Below the pieces are notes generated by a model. It saw only the letters and a list, made by a program, of their open reading frames with translations, searched no databases and was not told the origin of the DNA. From an uncultured delta proteobacterium (GTDB lineage Bacteria > Desulfobacterota > Zymogenia > Zymogenales > Zymogenaceae): a stretch of DNA of 64,000 nt. Within the stretch, counting starts at the first letter, position 1; each line of letters begins with the position of its first letter. The DNA is taken from contig CAVTLK010000001.1 of assembly GCA_963735595.1 (NCBI GenBank), positions 227,008 through 291,007 of the forward strand, read 5' to 3'. This document shows, piece after piece, positions 21,601 through 30,701 of this stretch. A program made the translations under genes and the position numbers.

Positions 21601-21751
21601 CCTTTTCAGACAGATTCTCAAAAATATCGTCGAAGACCGCCGCGTCCATGGAATCGTTAAGAAACACGAATGGCGCAGCGGAAAAGTCCCTCGGCGATCC
21701 GGCGAAGGCCTGATAGAGTGTCTGAATCCTATTTCGTTTTCGTTGTAGCAT
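18605..21751 (-). CDS. Large (1048 aa) hypothetical protein, possibly glycoside-hydrolase-like (C-terminal galactose-binding-like / GH2-sugar-binding-type jelly roll). Function unknown.
   Basis: Single intact ORF. The C-terminus ...VVLNGHDMGARLWPPYRYDVTDALSSGENEIEISVTN resembles carbohydrate-binding jelly-roll domains. No catalytic motif recognised by eye. Confidence 0.4.
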   Translation of the reverse strand: MLQRKRNRIQTLYQAFAGSPRDFSAAPFVFLNDSMDAAVFDDIFENLSEKGFTKVVLSPRSGLSVPWASEEYWRRLSEIVGRAKARSMRVWICVDYQQPIGPPHVPPSAERPGFCAQGIVFRTAKRPDSSRQVIGTYLTSGRSVTHLPEHPPGKKCLIASVDVLYPPTPIDPDALSVPHGGMGRLDILNSDAVRYYVNTVLEPLRKILKKYFENTIEGILIQSPQNQCPFPWTGSLPDIFKKKFGYDLLGRLPSLISEVGDFVSVRTDYYCLISDLTRDFYHAVGTWARQHNLLFSATIGREGFIETLPHSQGDPYAALSEMSVPATSYRCTGKHYLSDTPPLLMSNFTPKFVSSVSRIGKDDRTLAAVWEGEGWGVTPQLLKRTIDCGVSLGITSFFTHGVFASIVGLRKRDFPPSVYFQLPYWSDAPILADYISRTCLMMSAGHSKADALVLFPRSSLFVNTIGLGRLTSEGNKIIAGLTDLIGRLLSDHRDFDFLYEEALERGLVRCKDGVISIGPNRYSTLIVPRATYMPASTLAFTENAKRNGVNVIFVGEYPAVINKQQTATLGIGITLVKDAADLIHYLRLNIPKQLYILGDNSDKFLHQRRTFHDADIYFFSYLGEERFTGTLALTGTGAPEAWDPEDGRRYGVPEFQVIQRGVCFPVTFEPGRSWIYVIHSERTDALHGLSTPQEHRIGEFFFPERWEIDYRSDNMLRIDNFRLIRSVPPVALPPLNRLTGDDRFSLFTKIIIASVRVLTESIGRVWGIRKKIGYRSFTSMEREMRFYSSAARLARLTVPGQTHYRKVDLIRDAARYMGLFFSTPLPPVGSEFEIEANFIVGTIPRRIFLVWEDTGQPTEIFVNGVLVSNRAQGCFVWDRQNKRASLSDIVRWGTNRIGIRSRQPGFPTVIPAIHCIEPIVLAGDFDVNLDIITARKETTRHLSWGTNATGNYSGTIAYRTRFRLPKRFTGKVSILELGDVRVACRVVLNGHDMGARLWPPYRYDVTDALSSGENEIEISVTNTTENILGKPMLSGIVTDPKIVFYNPQ

Positions 21752-21825
21752 AATAGGTGTCGGTACGATAGCCGGGACGGCTCGGCCATCGGCGCGCTTC
21801 CCGATAGAACAGACGCCGACGGTAT

Positions 21826-23727
21826 TTAGTCGTTTGCCAGCACAATAATACGGTCGTCCGGCTCAAAAGTAATCATGTCTGATTTGTGCGGATTCAGCGT
21901 TACCCCGTACGATCGACGCGTGTCGTGCGCCCGGGCGGCGATCCGATAACCGATGGCAACCTCGCCTTTTTGACGTGTCGACTCGATGACCGTATAGAAA
22001 TTCACGGGCCTTCCGGTTTGGACGTAATGATCGGCAGGTTTTATGTATATTTCGGATCCCTCGGGATCAAAGAGGTCGGCAAAGACAGCCGAGAGTTCCC
22101 TGTTCTCTGAAATCTGGGAGAGTGCAAGGCTGATAAGTCGGTCACTGATGATGAAGTCATCGGCCTGCGTCACCTCGGCGAGGTCCCTGTTTTTCACGTC
22201 GAGCATCTCGCTGACGATGGTAAAGGAATCGCCTGTCCTTTCGTTGATGTCGCGCAGGTGGAGAAGACAGATAAGCGTGTGGGCATCGGCCCGCTCAGCA
22301 TCGAGTATGTCCGAATAGCTCAAGACGATTACGTTTTTATACGTGTGTATCGCCAGGCCGTCCAACACGGAGCGATCGGTAATATCCCCGAGATGGCTGG
22401 ATACCGACGCGTTTTTCAGTTGGAGTTCCCTGACCTGATCGCCGATCCCCTGGCCCGGGAGATCGTTATCTTCGGCAACGACGGTTATCCGAGAACCGCG
22501 GGCAAGGTAGCTGTCGAGCTCCCTGATAATGGTCTTCGTGCGGTGGTTCCATCCAAGGATGAGAATATTTTCCGGGGCGAGAGGCTTTGGCGTTACATGT
22601 CGGAGTGCGCCTTTGTCGATAGCCCAGTCGGTTAAGCCGGAAAGTACGATAGTGTCGTCATCCTCGGAGATGGCGATCAACCGGTCGCCGGTTTGAATTA
22701 TCGTGTTCATTGGGGGATTGAGTTGGATAGTGCCGGTGGAAAACAGCACGCCGATAACCAATGTATCCTCAAAGGCAAGCAAGGAATCAGCGAAAGTCCT
22801 GCCGACAAGGGACGGCTCTTCTTTTAAATAGATCTCATCGCCGCCAAAGTCGAGAAGCTCGGTGTATACGACCGAGAGGCCTGACTGACGGCAGGTCTGC
22901 GCGGCGATCCGCGCGATGAGATCGCTCGTTAAGATAAATTGAGCCTCGGCCTTTCCGACCATGCGGGCAACCTCGAGATTCTTGGGATCACGAACGGCGG
23001 CAACTATGTGATAGGGCTCGGATCGACGATCCCTGCGATTGACCAGAGCGAGGACCGACTTGATCACGTGGATGTCCGGTTCCTTTGTCTCGGGGGCAAG
23101 GATGATAATGGATCGGGCGGCGTCGGGATTGACGATTTCAAGGTCGGCAAGGTCTATGGGGTTACCTGTCCTGCAGACGATACGGGTGCGACGGGGGGTG
23201 CCGACCTTGTCACGTATGGCGTCCTCCATCTGAATCTTGTCTTTCTGGGCGAGAATAACGATAGAGGAGCGCGGCTTATTCTCGTTTGCGATGGCGAGCT
23301 CGGATATGACCGCGAATATCTGCGAGGACCAACCAAGGATGATAACATGTCCCGTTTCCGTCACGGAAGAACGACCCTTACGAAGATCATCGATCTTATT
23401 CTTGATGCCGGTAGTCAAGAGCCCTATCAGGATGCTGACAATGAAAACGCCTCCGAACGTGGTTAACAGCATCAGCAGCAGGAAGAGAACGCTCCCCTTA
23501 TCTCGGCCAACGGCTCCGGTGCCCAGGGTTCGCATGAGAGTTTCCCACATGATCCCGAAGAAGCCCTTATCCTGAAAGCCGACCTTCGTGAAATAGACGA
23601 TGAGCGACATCCCACCGATCAGCGCAAACGCCGCTAGAAAAAGCCAACCGATGACTGCGACGGTTCCGGCCGACATCGTGTTCTCGAAGCTATATCTGAT
23701 CCGATCGCCGAAACGTATCTTTTTCAT
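21826..23727 (-). CDS. CASTOR/POLLUX-like ion channel with tandem RCK (TrkA-N) domains
   Basis: N-terminal TM region, then VIILGWSSQIFAVISEL and ILILGWNHRTKTIIREL (two Rossmann-like RCK/TrkA-N GxGxxG-type motifs). Intact, 633 aa. Confidence 0.6.
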   Translation of the reverse strand: MKKIRFGDRIRYSFENTMSAGTVAVIGWLFLAAFALIGGMSLIVYFTKVGFQDKGFFGIMWETLMRTLGTGAVGRDKGSVLFLLLMLLTTFGGVFIVSILIGLLTTGIKNKIDDLRKGRSSVTETGHVIILGWSSQIFAVISELAIANENKPRSSIVILAQKDKIQMEDAIRDKVGTPRRTRIVCRTGNPIDLADLEIVNPDAARSIIILAPETKEPDIHVIKSVLALVNRRDRRSEPYHIVAAVRDPKNLEVARMVGKAEAQFILTSDLIARIAAQTCRQSGLSVVYTELLDFGGDEIYLKEEPSLVGRTFADSLLAFEDTLVIGVLFSTGTIQLNPPMNTIIQTGDRLIAISEDDDTIVLSGLTDWAIDKGALRHVTPKPLAPENILILGWNHRTKTIIRELDSYLARGSRITVVAEDNDLPGQGIGDQVRELQLKNASVSSHLGDITDRSVLDGLAIHTYKNVIVLSYSDILDAERADAHTLICLLHLRDINERTGDSFTIVSEMLDVKNRDLAEVTQADDFIISDRLISLALSQISENRELSAVFADLFDPEGSEIYIKPADHYVQTGRPVNFYTVIESTRQKGEVAIGYRIAARAHDTRRSYGVTLNPHKSDMITFEPDDRIIVLAND

Positions 23728-23773
23728 GCCGATCCCTTAGGAAGATGAAAAACGTTACCTGTTCCTATCTTTG

Positions 23774-25156
23774 TTATGCGTTACGAGTTGCGGAAAGTTT
23801 CGTCACGATATCCTCACAGTACCGCCTGTTGAGGGGAAACGCCCAGAGGAAGATGAGGCCGAGCGCGAAAAGGATGGACGGAATTACCCCTACCAGGAGC
23901 CTGATCCCCAACAGGGTTTGTTGGGTCTGGGGTGCGTCAGGGACGTATCCTAAGGTAGTGAGGATTGTGCCGGTTATAAATGGGGCCAGGGCGATGGAGA
24001 TCTTAAAGATCAGGAAGGCGATCCCGAAATATGCCCCCTCGCGGCGGGTCCCCGACGTCAGCTCATCGTAGTCGATGATTTCGGGCAATATCGAATAGGG
24101 GAAGAGAAAGTAGGCGCCCGTGCCGATACCGGCAAGCCCCATGAGGATAAAGAGAAAGGCCCCCCCCGTCGGCGGAAGGAAAAAGATTGCGCCCGCGGAT
24201 ACGATTAATACCACGATTCCGATAAGGAAGCCCTCTTTCTTCCCGATCTTGCCGCTGACCCACACCCACAAGGGAATGGAAAGAAGTAGAAATCCCATCA
24301 CGATTCCCATCATAACGGTAAATAGCCCTTCATTAAGCAGCCAATACTTCGCGTAATAGATCAGGACGCCGGAGAGGATTGTGTATCCGAGCGATACGAG
24401 GGAATAGGCGGCGATAAACCACCAGAACGGACGATTCTTGAACGTCAGGATGAATGATCGGCCGATTGGTACGGAGCCTTTACGCGAGAAATCTATCCGC
24501 TCCCGAACGGAGGTTGCGGTGATGAGAAAAACGATCAACGCCACGACCCCGAATATGGCCGCCATGAGGATATAACCCTGCCTGCCGCCGCCCAGGGCGG
24601 CGACAAGGGGTAACACGAGGGCGCTGCCGGCCACCCAGCCGATGACCGCGAATGGCTGGCGATAGGCGGTCAGCTTCGTCCGCTCGTGGGGCAACAGGGC
24701 AAGCTCCGGCAGAAGGGCGTTGTAGGGGACGGTGACGATCGTTGAAGCCGTGAAGAAAAGTATGAAGAGACCGGTGACGATAAGATAGTTCACGGTGGCG
24801 CTGGAAGAAACGTGGGCGGTCCAGATCAGGACGAAGAGGATCGCGTAGGGCAGTGCGCCGAACAGGAGGTACGGCCGGCGCCTTCCCCAGCGGCTCCTTG
24901 TTGCATCGGATATCTGGCCCATGAGTGGATCGGAGACGGCGTCCCACGCCTTTGCGACCAATAGGGCGGTGCCGGCCAGCAGGGGAGAAAGGTGAACAAC
25001 GTCCGTATAAAAGTAAAGGAGAAAAAACGCGATGGATGAAAGGGGCAGGGTGATGCCAAGGTCAGATACGCCGTAGGCGATCTTCGTTCTCAGGGAAAGG
25101 GACGTGCCGGAAGTAATGCTTCGTTTATTCATGGTATATATTACGCAAGAAACCAA
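23774..25156 (-). CDS. Glycoside-pentoside-hexuronide (GPH) family sugar:cation symporter (MFS superfamily)
   Basis: Reads AYGVSDLG...DAVSDPLMGQISDATRSRWGRRRPYLL, the GPH signature (D-x-x-D and R-x-GRRRP). Twelve-TM profile. The start may be the M at 25132. Confidence 0.75.
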   Translation of the reverse strand: MVSCVIYTMNKRSITSGTSLSLRTKIAYGVSDLGITLPLSSIAFFLLYFYTDVVHLSPLLAGTALLVAKAWDAVSDPLMGQISDATRSRWGRRRPYLLFGALPYAILFVLIWTAHVSSSATVNYLIVTGLFILFFTASTIVTVPYNALLPELALLPHERTKLTAYRQPFAVIGWVAGSALVLPLVAALGGGRQGYILMAAIFGVVALIVFLITATSVRERIDFSRKGSVPIGRSFILTFKNRPFWWFIAAYSLVSLGYTILSGVLIYYAKYWLLNEGLFTVMMGIVMGFLLLSIPLWVWVSGKIGKKEGFLIGIVVLIVSAGAIFFLPPTGGAFLFILMGLAGIGTGAYFLFPYSILPEIIDYDELTSGTRREGAYFGIAFLIFKISIALAPFITGTILTTLGYVPDAPQTQQTLLGIRLLVGVIPSILFALGLIFLWAFPLNRRYCEDIVTKLSATRNA

Positions 25157-25393
25157 GTGTTATTTGCGCGTCAGATGATAGCACAACTGCCGGACGTTTC
25201 AAGGAAATAAAATCCAAGGAGATGACATGCCGGAATTATATTTTTGAAGTTGCCGGTATCATTTTACTTGACACAAAAAACCGGGTATGGTATTTTGTCC
25301 CTTCTTGAATGAGTATTCATTCATTGTATATGGAGTGACGTTATCGCGATAGAATAGTGTAGCAATATCATAGCATTATGAGGACGGCACAGA

Positions 25394-25708
25394 GTGGTTA
25401 AGGCAATTGTCGAAAAAATTAAGAACGCCGAGGTGAAAGCCGACAAGCTCGTAAAAGAGGCGGAGGCCAAGGCGGAACAAAACGTCGTTAAGTTCACCCG
25501 TGACAGGGAGAAACGCCTGGAGGCAGTCGAAAAGGAAAACAGGGAAATCAGGGGTAAGGCTCTCGAAGAGGCGGAAGCGCAGGCAAAGAAAGAAGAAGCA
25601 CGGATACTTGACGACGCCCGGAAAGAGATGAACGCTTTGCGGGCGGCGGCCGACAAAAAGAAGGAAGAAGCCGTTTTATTAATCATACGGAAGATATTAG
25701 AGCAGTGA
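25394..25708 (+). CDS. atpH: V/A-type ATPase subunit H (small coiled-coil peripheral stalk-associated subunit)
   Basis: 104-aa Lys/Glu/Ala-rich coiled coil, the first gene of the V-ATPase operon. GTG start. Confidence 0.6.
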   Translation: MVKAIVEKIKNAEVKADKLVKEAEAKAEQNVVKFTRDREKRLEAVEKENREIRGKALEEAEAQAKKEEARILDDARKEMNALRAAADKKKEEAVLLIIRKILEQ

Positions 25709-27699
25709 GCATTTCACCTCTCACCAAAGTACTATTCGTCGCGCATCGCGAAGAGAAGGCGCCCTTTCTGAAGTATATTCAGGAACAGGGGATTGTCCAG
25801 ATTACGGAGCTTGCCCAGCGAGATGTTCGGGAGTCGTTTCCCGAGCTTGCGCGCGAGGATTCGGGTAAGCTGAATGACCTGGTTACACTCACCTCTCAGA
25901 TCGATTTTGCTATAAATTTCCTTGCGCCGTATAAGAACAAGAAATCGATCAAGCCCGCATTTCCCGACTGGGGGCTCAAGAGCACAGCGGACCTCAAATC
26001 GTTGGCCGAGTCGGTAAAAGTCAAGAAAATTATCGATACGGTATTTCAGCTCAACCGGGATCTGTCCGAGGCCCGTAACCAGATTACCCGTCTCGAATCG
26101 ATAGAGGGCACGTTCGACCGTTGGCTCAGCCTGGACGCGTCCATTGAGAGTCTCAAGGAGACCGCCTCCGCCTACCAGATGCTCTTCATGATATTCAGGG
26201 TCGAGAAAAATGCCATTGAGGAGCAGCTCAACGGGATAGGTAACCTCCATGTCCTGACGCCGGTCAGCGTAAGCCCCAACTATTCGTATTATCACTTTAT
26301 CTGTCATAAAGATAAAAGGACGGCCTACGAAGACGTACTGACGAAACTTGGTGCGGAACGCGAAAGCCTCCCCGATTATAAGGGGACATATAGGCAGGCC
26401 CACAATACGATAGAAAAGGAAATAAAGGCAATCAAGGAAAAGATCGCATCGCTTGAAGTCAAGGCGGCCGAGGTCGCTCAGGAGCATGAGCGATTGCAGG
26501 CCCTCTATGATTACTACACGATCGAAAAGGAGCGTGAAGAGCTCCATAACGAGCTCGTTTCTTCGACCGGCGTCGTGTATATCGAGGGATGGATTCCGGT
26601 CAAGAAGGTGCAGGACGTACAGGACCACATCCGCAGCGCATTCAGGCTCGTCGAAATGGTGACGTTTGAGCACGCGGAAGACGATAAGCCGCCCATCCTG
26701 CTCAAGAATAGCAGGCTGAACCGTCCCTTCGAGATAATAACCTCTCTCTATGGGATGCCCGATCCAAAGGAATTCGACCCCACGCCGTTCTACGCATTCT
26801 TCTATCTGATCTTTTTCGGGACGTGCCTGACGGACGCGGGTTACGGGGTGGTGCTGACGATCCTCCTTCTGTTTATCGTTATCAAGTTCAGGCATTCTTT
26901 CGGAAAAAACAAGATTGTTCACGTCCTTTTGCTCGGATCGATATGTACGATATTCCTCGGAGCGATAACCGGCGGTTGGTTCGGCGATCTCCTTCCGCGC
27001 CTTCCCGAGGGATCCTGGCTTAAAAATCTTGGGAACTCTATTGTCGTGCTGGACCCGCTGAAAGATACGATCAAGTTTATGCTCTTCTGCATAGCGATAG
27101 GCATCGTTCAGATAAACGTCGGGATGTTAGTCGGATTCGCAAAATTTGTGAAAAACCGGGAGCATCGCGAGGCGTTCGTAAAGCTGTTCTGGATATTCTT
27201 TGTTAACGTAGGTGTGGTTTTGGTCGCTGAATACATGTCACCTGGAATAGTCCCTCCGGTTATAACAAAGATCTGCATAGGTGTAATTGCGGCGGCATCT
27301 CTGGGGATTGTACTTTTCTCACAGCCTGAAAAAAATGTATTTGCGCGGATCGCATGGGGGCTTTACAGCCTATACGGATTTACAGGTTTTCTGGGTGATA
27401 TACTGAGCTACCTGAGGCTTTTAGCGCTCGGTCTTTCCACCGGCATCATCGCTTCGGTCGTAAACCTGGTAGCGGCTATGGTCGGACAGGTCCCGTACGT
27501 GGGGTTTGTCCTGGCGGGGGTGGTGTTCATAGGAGGGCATGCGTTTAATATCGTCATCAACGCGCTGGGAGCCTTCGTACATACGACGAGGCTCCAGTAC
27601 GTAGAGTTCTTTACCAAGTTCTATGATGGAACGGGCAAACCCTTTAAGCCATTCGGGGTAAGTCCCAAGTACGTGTATCTGAAGGAAGCCGTCGAATAG
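25705..27699 (+). CDS. atpI: V/A-type ATPase subunit I (a-subunit, membrane stator)
   Basis: 664 aa, soluble N-terminal half plus a multi-TM C-terminal half. Overlaps atpH by 4 nt (GTGA). Confidence 0.8.
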   Translation: MSISPLTKVLFVAHREEKAPFLKYIQEQGIVQITELAQRDVRESFPELAREDSGKLNDLVTLTSQIDFAINFLAPYKNKKSIKPAFPDWGLKSTADLKSLAESVKVKKIIDTVFQLNRDLSEARNQITRLESIEGTFDRWLSLDASIESLKETASAYQMLFMIFRVEKNAIEEQLNGIGNLHVLTPVSVSPNYSYYHFICHKDKRTAYEDVLTKLGAERESLPDYKGTYRQAHNTIEKEIKAIKEKIASLEVKAAEVAQEHERLQALYDYYTIEKEREELHNELVSSTGVVYIEGWIPVKKVQDVQDHIRSAFRLVEMVTFEHAEDDKPPILLKNSRLNRPFEIITSLYGMPDPKEFDPTPFYAFFYLIFFGTCLTDAGYGVVLTILLLFIVIKFRHSFGKNKIVHVLLLGSICTIFLGAITGGWFGDLLPRLPEGSWLKNLGNSIVVLDPLKDTIKFMLFCIAIGIVQINVGMLVGFAKFVKNREHREAFVKLFWIFFVNVGVVLVAEYMSPGIVPPVITKICIGVIAAASLGIVLFSQPEKNVFARIAWGLYSLYGFTGFLGDILSYLRLLALGLSTGIIASVVNLVAAMVGQVPYVGFVLAGVVFIGGHAFNIVINALGAFVHTTRLQYVEFFTKFYDGTGKPFKPFGVSPKYVYLKEAVE

Positions 27700-27762
27700 A
27701 GACGGTACGGTTAGCAGTGTACGTAATCCTGTACGGGTGTATCAAACTTTGTGGAGTGTGCC

Positions 27763-28263
27763 ATGTCTGAAGTTTTATACGTTTTGACGTTGCCTCATCT
27801 CGCCCTTCCGGTTCTGGGAGCGGCCCTGGCCGTTGGGCTTTCCGGTTTTGGCTCGGCTACCGGCATCTCTATTGCCGGTCAGGTGGCCGATGGCGTGCTT
27901 GCGGAAGACCCGGATATCTTCGGTAGGATCCTGATCTTCGTGGCGATGCCCGGCACTCAGGGTATTTACGGTTTCCTCGGTGCCTTCCTGATCCTCCTCA
28001 AGGCCGGCATTATCGGCGGCGCGCCGATCGAAACCATGACCCTGACGCAGGGCTGGATGTTCTGCTTTGCCGGGCTGCCGGTCGGATTGGGCGGATGGAT
28101 TTCGGGCATTTACCAAGGCAAGGCATGCGCCACCGGTATCTCGCTGGCGGTAAAAAGGCCGGAGGCCATGATGAAGGGCGTTATCTACAGCGCGATGGTC
28201 GAGACCTACGCCATCCTGGGACTTCTTATCACGATTCTCTCGCTTAACGGCATTCAGCTTTAA
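27763..28263 (+). CDS. atpK: V/A-type ATPase subunit K (proteolipid c-subunit, duplicated hairpin) with a Na+-binding-type motif
   Basis: The first hairpin carries PGTQGIYGF and the second carries VETYAILG. These are the T/Q and E residues matching the Na+ site of Enterococcus hirae NtpK, as I recall it. Confidence 0.8.
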   Translation: MSEVLYVLTLPHLALPVLGAALAVGLSGFGSATGISIAGQVADGVLAEDPDIFGRILIFVAMPGTQGIYGFLGAFLILLKAGIIGGAPIETMTLTQGWMFCFAGLPVGLGGWISGIYQGKACATGISLAVKRPEAMMKGVIYSAMVETYAILGLLITILSLNGIQL

Positions 28264-28293
28264 GCGATAACGAACGGCCCATAAGGTGGTGTT

Positions 28294-28914
28294 ATGTCGG
28301 TAGAAAATATCGCAAAAAAGATAATTGACGAAGCCCAGAGCGCCGTCCGTGTGATTGAAGAAAAGGCCGGACGAGAGACGGCTCGGACCACGTCGGAACT
28401 TGACCGGCAGGAGCGGGAGCTCAAGGAGTCCGCAGGCCGTCAGATCGAGGCCGAGGCCCAGGAAGTCATTAAAAGGTGCGTATCGTCGGCCAGGCTTGAG
28501 GGCAGAAAGCGGATCCTCGGTGAAAAGGAGATGATCCTGGGCGAGATCTATGCGGAGGCTCGACAGCGAATCCTCGCACTTACGGAGGAAAAATACCTCG
28601 GGTTTCTCACAAAACTCGTCGTTACTCATAGCCTCGGTGGTCAGGAGAAGGTTAATTTATCCCGCAAGGACCTTGACCGGCTAAAGGGAAAGATACCACA
28701 GTGGGAAAAAGAGCTGGCCCGGGAAGTTCAAAAGAAGTATAAGGACAGCTCCATAACCGTATCCGCTGAAGCAAGGGACATCGAAGGAGGGCTCGTTCTC
28801 TCTCAAAGCAGGACTGAGATAAACCTTAGCCTCGATGTTATCCTTGCGGAAACGAAATACGCCCTCGAGTCGGAAGTGACCGGCGTCCTTTCCTGGACAA
28901 GCCGCAAGGGGTAA
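28294..28914 (+). CDS. atpE: V/A-type ATPase subunit E
   Basis: 206-aa coiled-coil N-terminus plus globular C-terminus, in subunit-E position and length. Confidence 0.75.
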   Translation: MSVENIAKKIIDEAQSAVRVIEEKAGRETARTTSELDRQERELKESAGRQIEAEAQEVIKRCVSSARLEGRKRILGEKEMILGEIYAEARQRILALTEEKYLGFLTKLVVTHSLGGQEKVNLSRKDLDRLKGKIPQWEKELAREVQKKYKDSSITVSAEARDIEGGLVLSQSRTEINLSLDVILAETKYALESEVTGVLSWTSRKG

Positions 28915-29097
28915 CGGGGCGCGGGAGTCTACCCCGAGGAAAACGGGACACATGCCGTCGCACGGCTTTCGAGTCCCGGTGGGTTCTCGTAAAACGAGAA
29001 GTATGGACGCCCGAGGGATTGATAAAGACTTTCGGTGATCCGGGGACACGAAACACGTATTCCCGGCGGCGTGCCGATAAGGCAGGAACATAAAACA

Positions 29098-30258
29098 ATG
29101 AGTGATATCGAATTTCCCATCAATATCGATCGGGAAATGGACCTCAGTAAAGAATTAGCGCGGAAATCGTTGGAAGGCATATCGAGCCTGAACTACGATG
29201 CGTTTGTTGTCTCGGAAGAATGGAAATGGGGAGACGACGAGCGATACGCATTTGCCACGGGGCACGTCCGCGCTATCGAACATCGGCTGATTCCCCCGGA
29301 CCGTTTTCTCCGTCTTGTTGACGCGAGGAACTCCGCTGAGGTCCTCGGTATGCTCGGCGATACCGACTATGGCAAGGGCTATCAGGACGAGATGGCGATG
29401 ATTTCCGGGCCCAGCGCCGATGGGGTCAATATCGAGCAGGTGCTGAAGCAGGAAGCGGAGCGGGTAAAGAAATTCATCAGCGAGCTGACTCAGGATCGGG
29501 AACAGACCGATATCCTTTTTTCTCGTTACGACTTCTTCAACCTGAAACTATCGCTCAAGGGCATCTTCGGTAATACCCCGGTGGAGGATTTCTTCCTGCC
29601 TCTCGGCACGTTACCTCCGGCACTGATCTACCAGGAAGGAAAAGAGGCCGAGAAATCGGAAGCGCTGCCTCCTCATCTAAAGGAAGCGGCAATTCAGGCC
29701 GCTAAGACGTATACCGATACGAGAAGTTCTATGGAGATAGACCGTGTCGTTGACGCCTCGATGTACCGATATATGCTGAGCCGGACGAGGGATAAGGAAC
29801 TGTTCTTCCTCTTCAGACTCATTACAACGGAAATCGACCTTACAAATATCATCACGTTTTTCCGCCTCAAGTGGGTTGGTGAGTCACTACCGACGCTTCA
29901 GTCCGCCTTGATCGAGGGAGGAAGGATTCCCTTTTCGTCATATTACGAGTATTTCCCCCGGGAAATCGATGATATAGAAACGGGCCTTTTGTCCGACGAG
30001 GTCTACCATGACTTCATCGCGGAGGGGGTGCACCATCTGAAGAACGAGAATTCCTTCATCAGGATGGAGTCGCTCATAGACCGGGAACTCATGAAGATCA
30101 TCAGCCGGGAAAAGGAGATCAACTTCGGGGTTGAGGTACTTATCGCCTATTTTTACAAGAAATCTATTGAGATGAAAAAACTCAGAACCGTTATTATCGG
30201 TAAGGAAAACGGGCTTTCACCTGACGAGATTAAGGCAAGGTTGGGTTATGTCGGATAG
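29098..30258 (+). CDS. atpC: V/A-type ATPase subunit C (archaeal-type C/d)
   Basis: ~387 aa, positioned between E and F. Start chosen at the ATG at 29098 with the upstream AGGAAC. Confidence 0.7.
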   Translation: MSDIEFPINIDREMDLSKELARKSLEGISSLNYDAFVVSEEWKWGDDERYAFATGHVRAIEHRLIPPDRFLRLVDARNSAEVLGMLGDTDYGKGYQDEMAMISGPSADGVNIEQVLKQEAERVKKFISELTQDREQTDILFSRYDFFNLKLSLKGIFGNTPVEDFFLPLGTLPPALIYQEGKEAEKSEALPPHLKEAAIQAAKTYTDTRSSMEIDRVVDASMYRYMLSRTRDKELFFLFRLITTEIDLTNIITFFRLKWVGESLPTLQSALIEGGRIPFSSYYEYFPREIDDIETGLLSDEVYHDFIAEGVHHLKNENSFIRMESLIDRELMKIISREKEINFGVEVLIAYFYKKSIEMKKLRTVIIGKENGLSPDEIKARLGYVG

Positions 30259-30583
30259 CAAGGTAATGGTCATCGGCGATAGGGACGCCGTGCTGGGTTT
30301 CGGAGCGCTCGGGGTAAAAGTCAGCACGCCTCCGGCTGAAGCGGAAAGGATTCGAGAGGCCATCAGGTCCGCCATTGACGAAGAAGTGGCGATTCTCTTC
30401 ATCACAGAGCGTCTGGCGGAGGAAGTCCCCGAAATGATCAAGGACCTTTCTCGGCGGCCGCTTCCGTCCGTCGTAGTGATACCGGATGCGTCCGGCAGCA
30501 AGGGTATGGGCCTCAAGAAGCTTAATGAAATCATCGTCAAGGCGGTCGGCTCGACGATCGGTGCTCAGGAAGAAACCAACTGA
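30248..30583 (+). CDS. atpF: V/A-type ATPase subunit F
   Basis: Reads MSDSKVMVIGDRDAVLGFGALGVKV, typical subunit F. Overlaps atpC by 11 nt. Confidence 0.8.
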   Translation: MSDSKVMVIGDRDAVLGFGALGVKVSTPPAEAERIREAIRSAIDEEVAILFITERLAEEVPEMIKDLSRRPLPSVVVIPDASGSKGMGLKKLNEIIVKAVGSTIGAQEETN

Positions 30584-30701
30584 CGGGCGGTAGGACGTGC
30601 CCGCCGGTCCGCTCTACAAGGAAAGATAAGCAGAACAAAATAGTATACACGCAGGTTAGAGATACTATAACAAAAGGGATATACGGAGAAACGGTGGATC
30701 T

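Noticed and set aside
25732-26922. 396-aa minus-strand ORF
   Set aside because: It is antisense to V-ATPase subunit I, which has clear family similarity on the plus strand.
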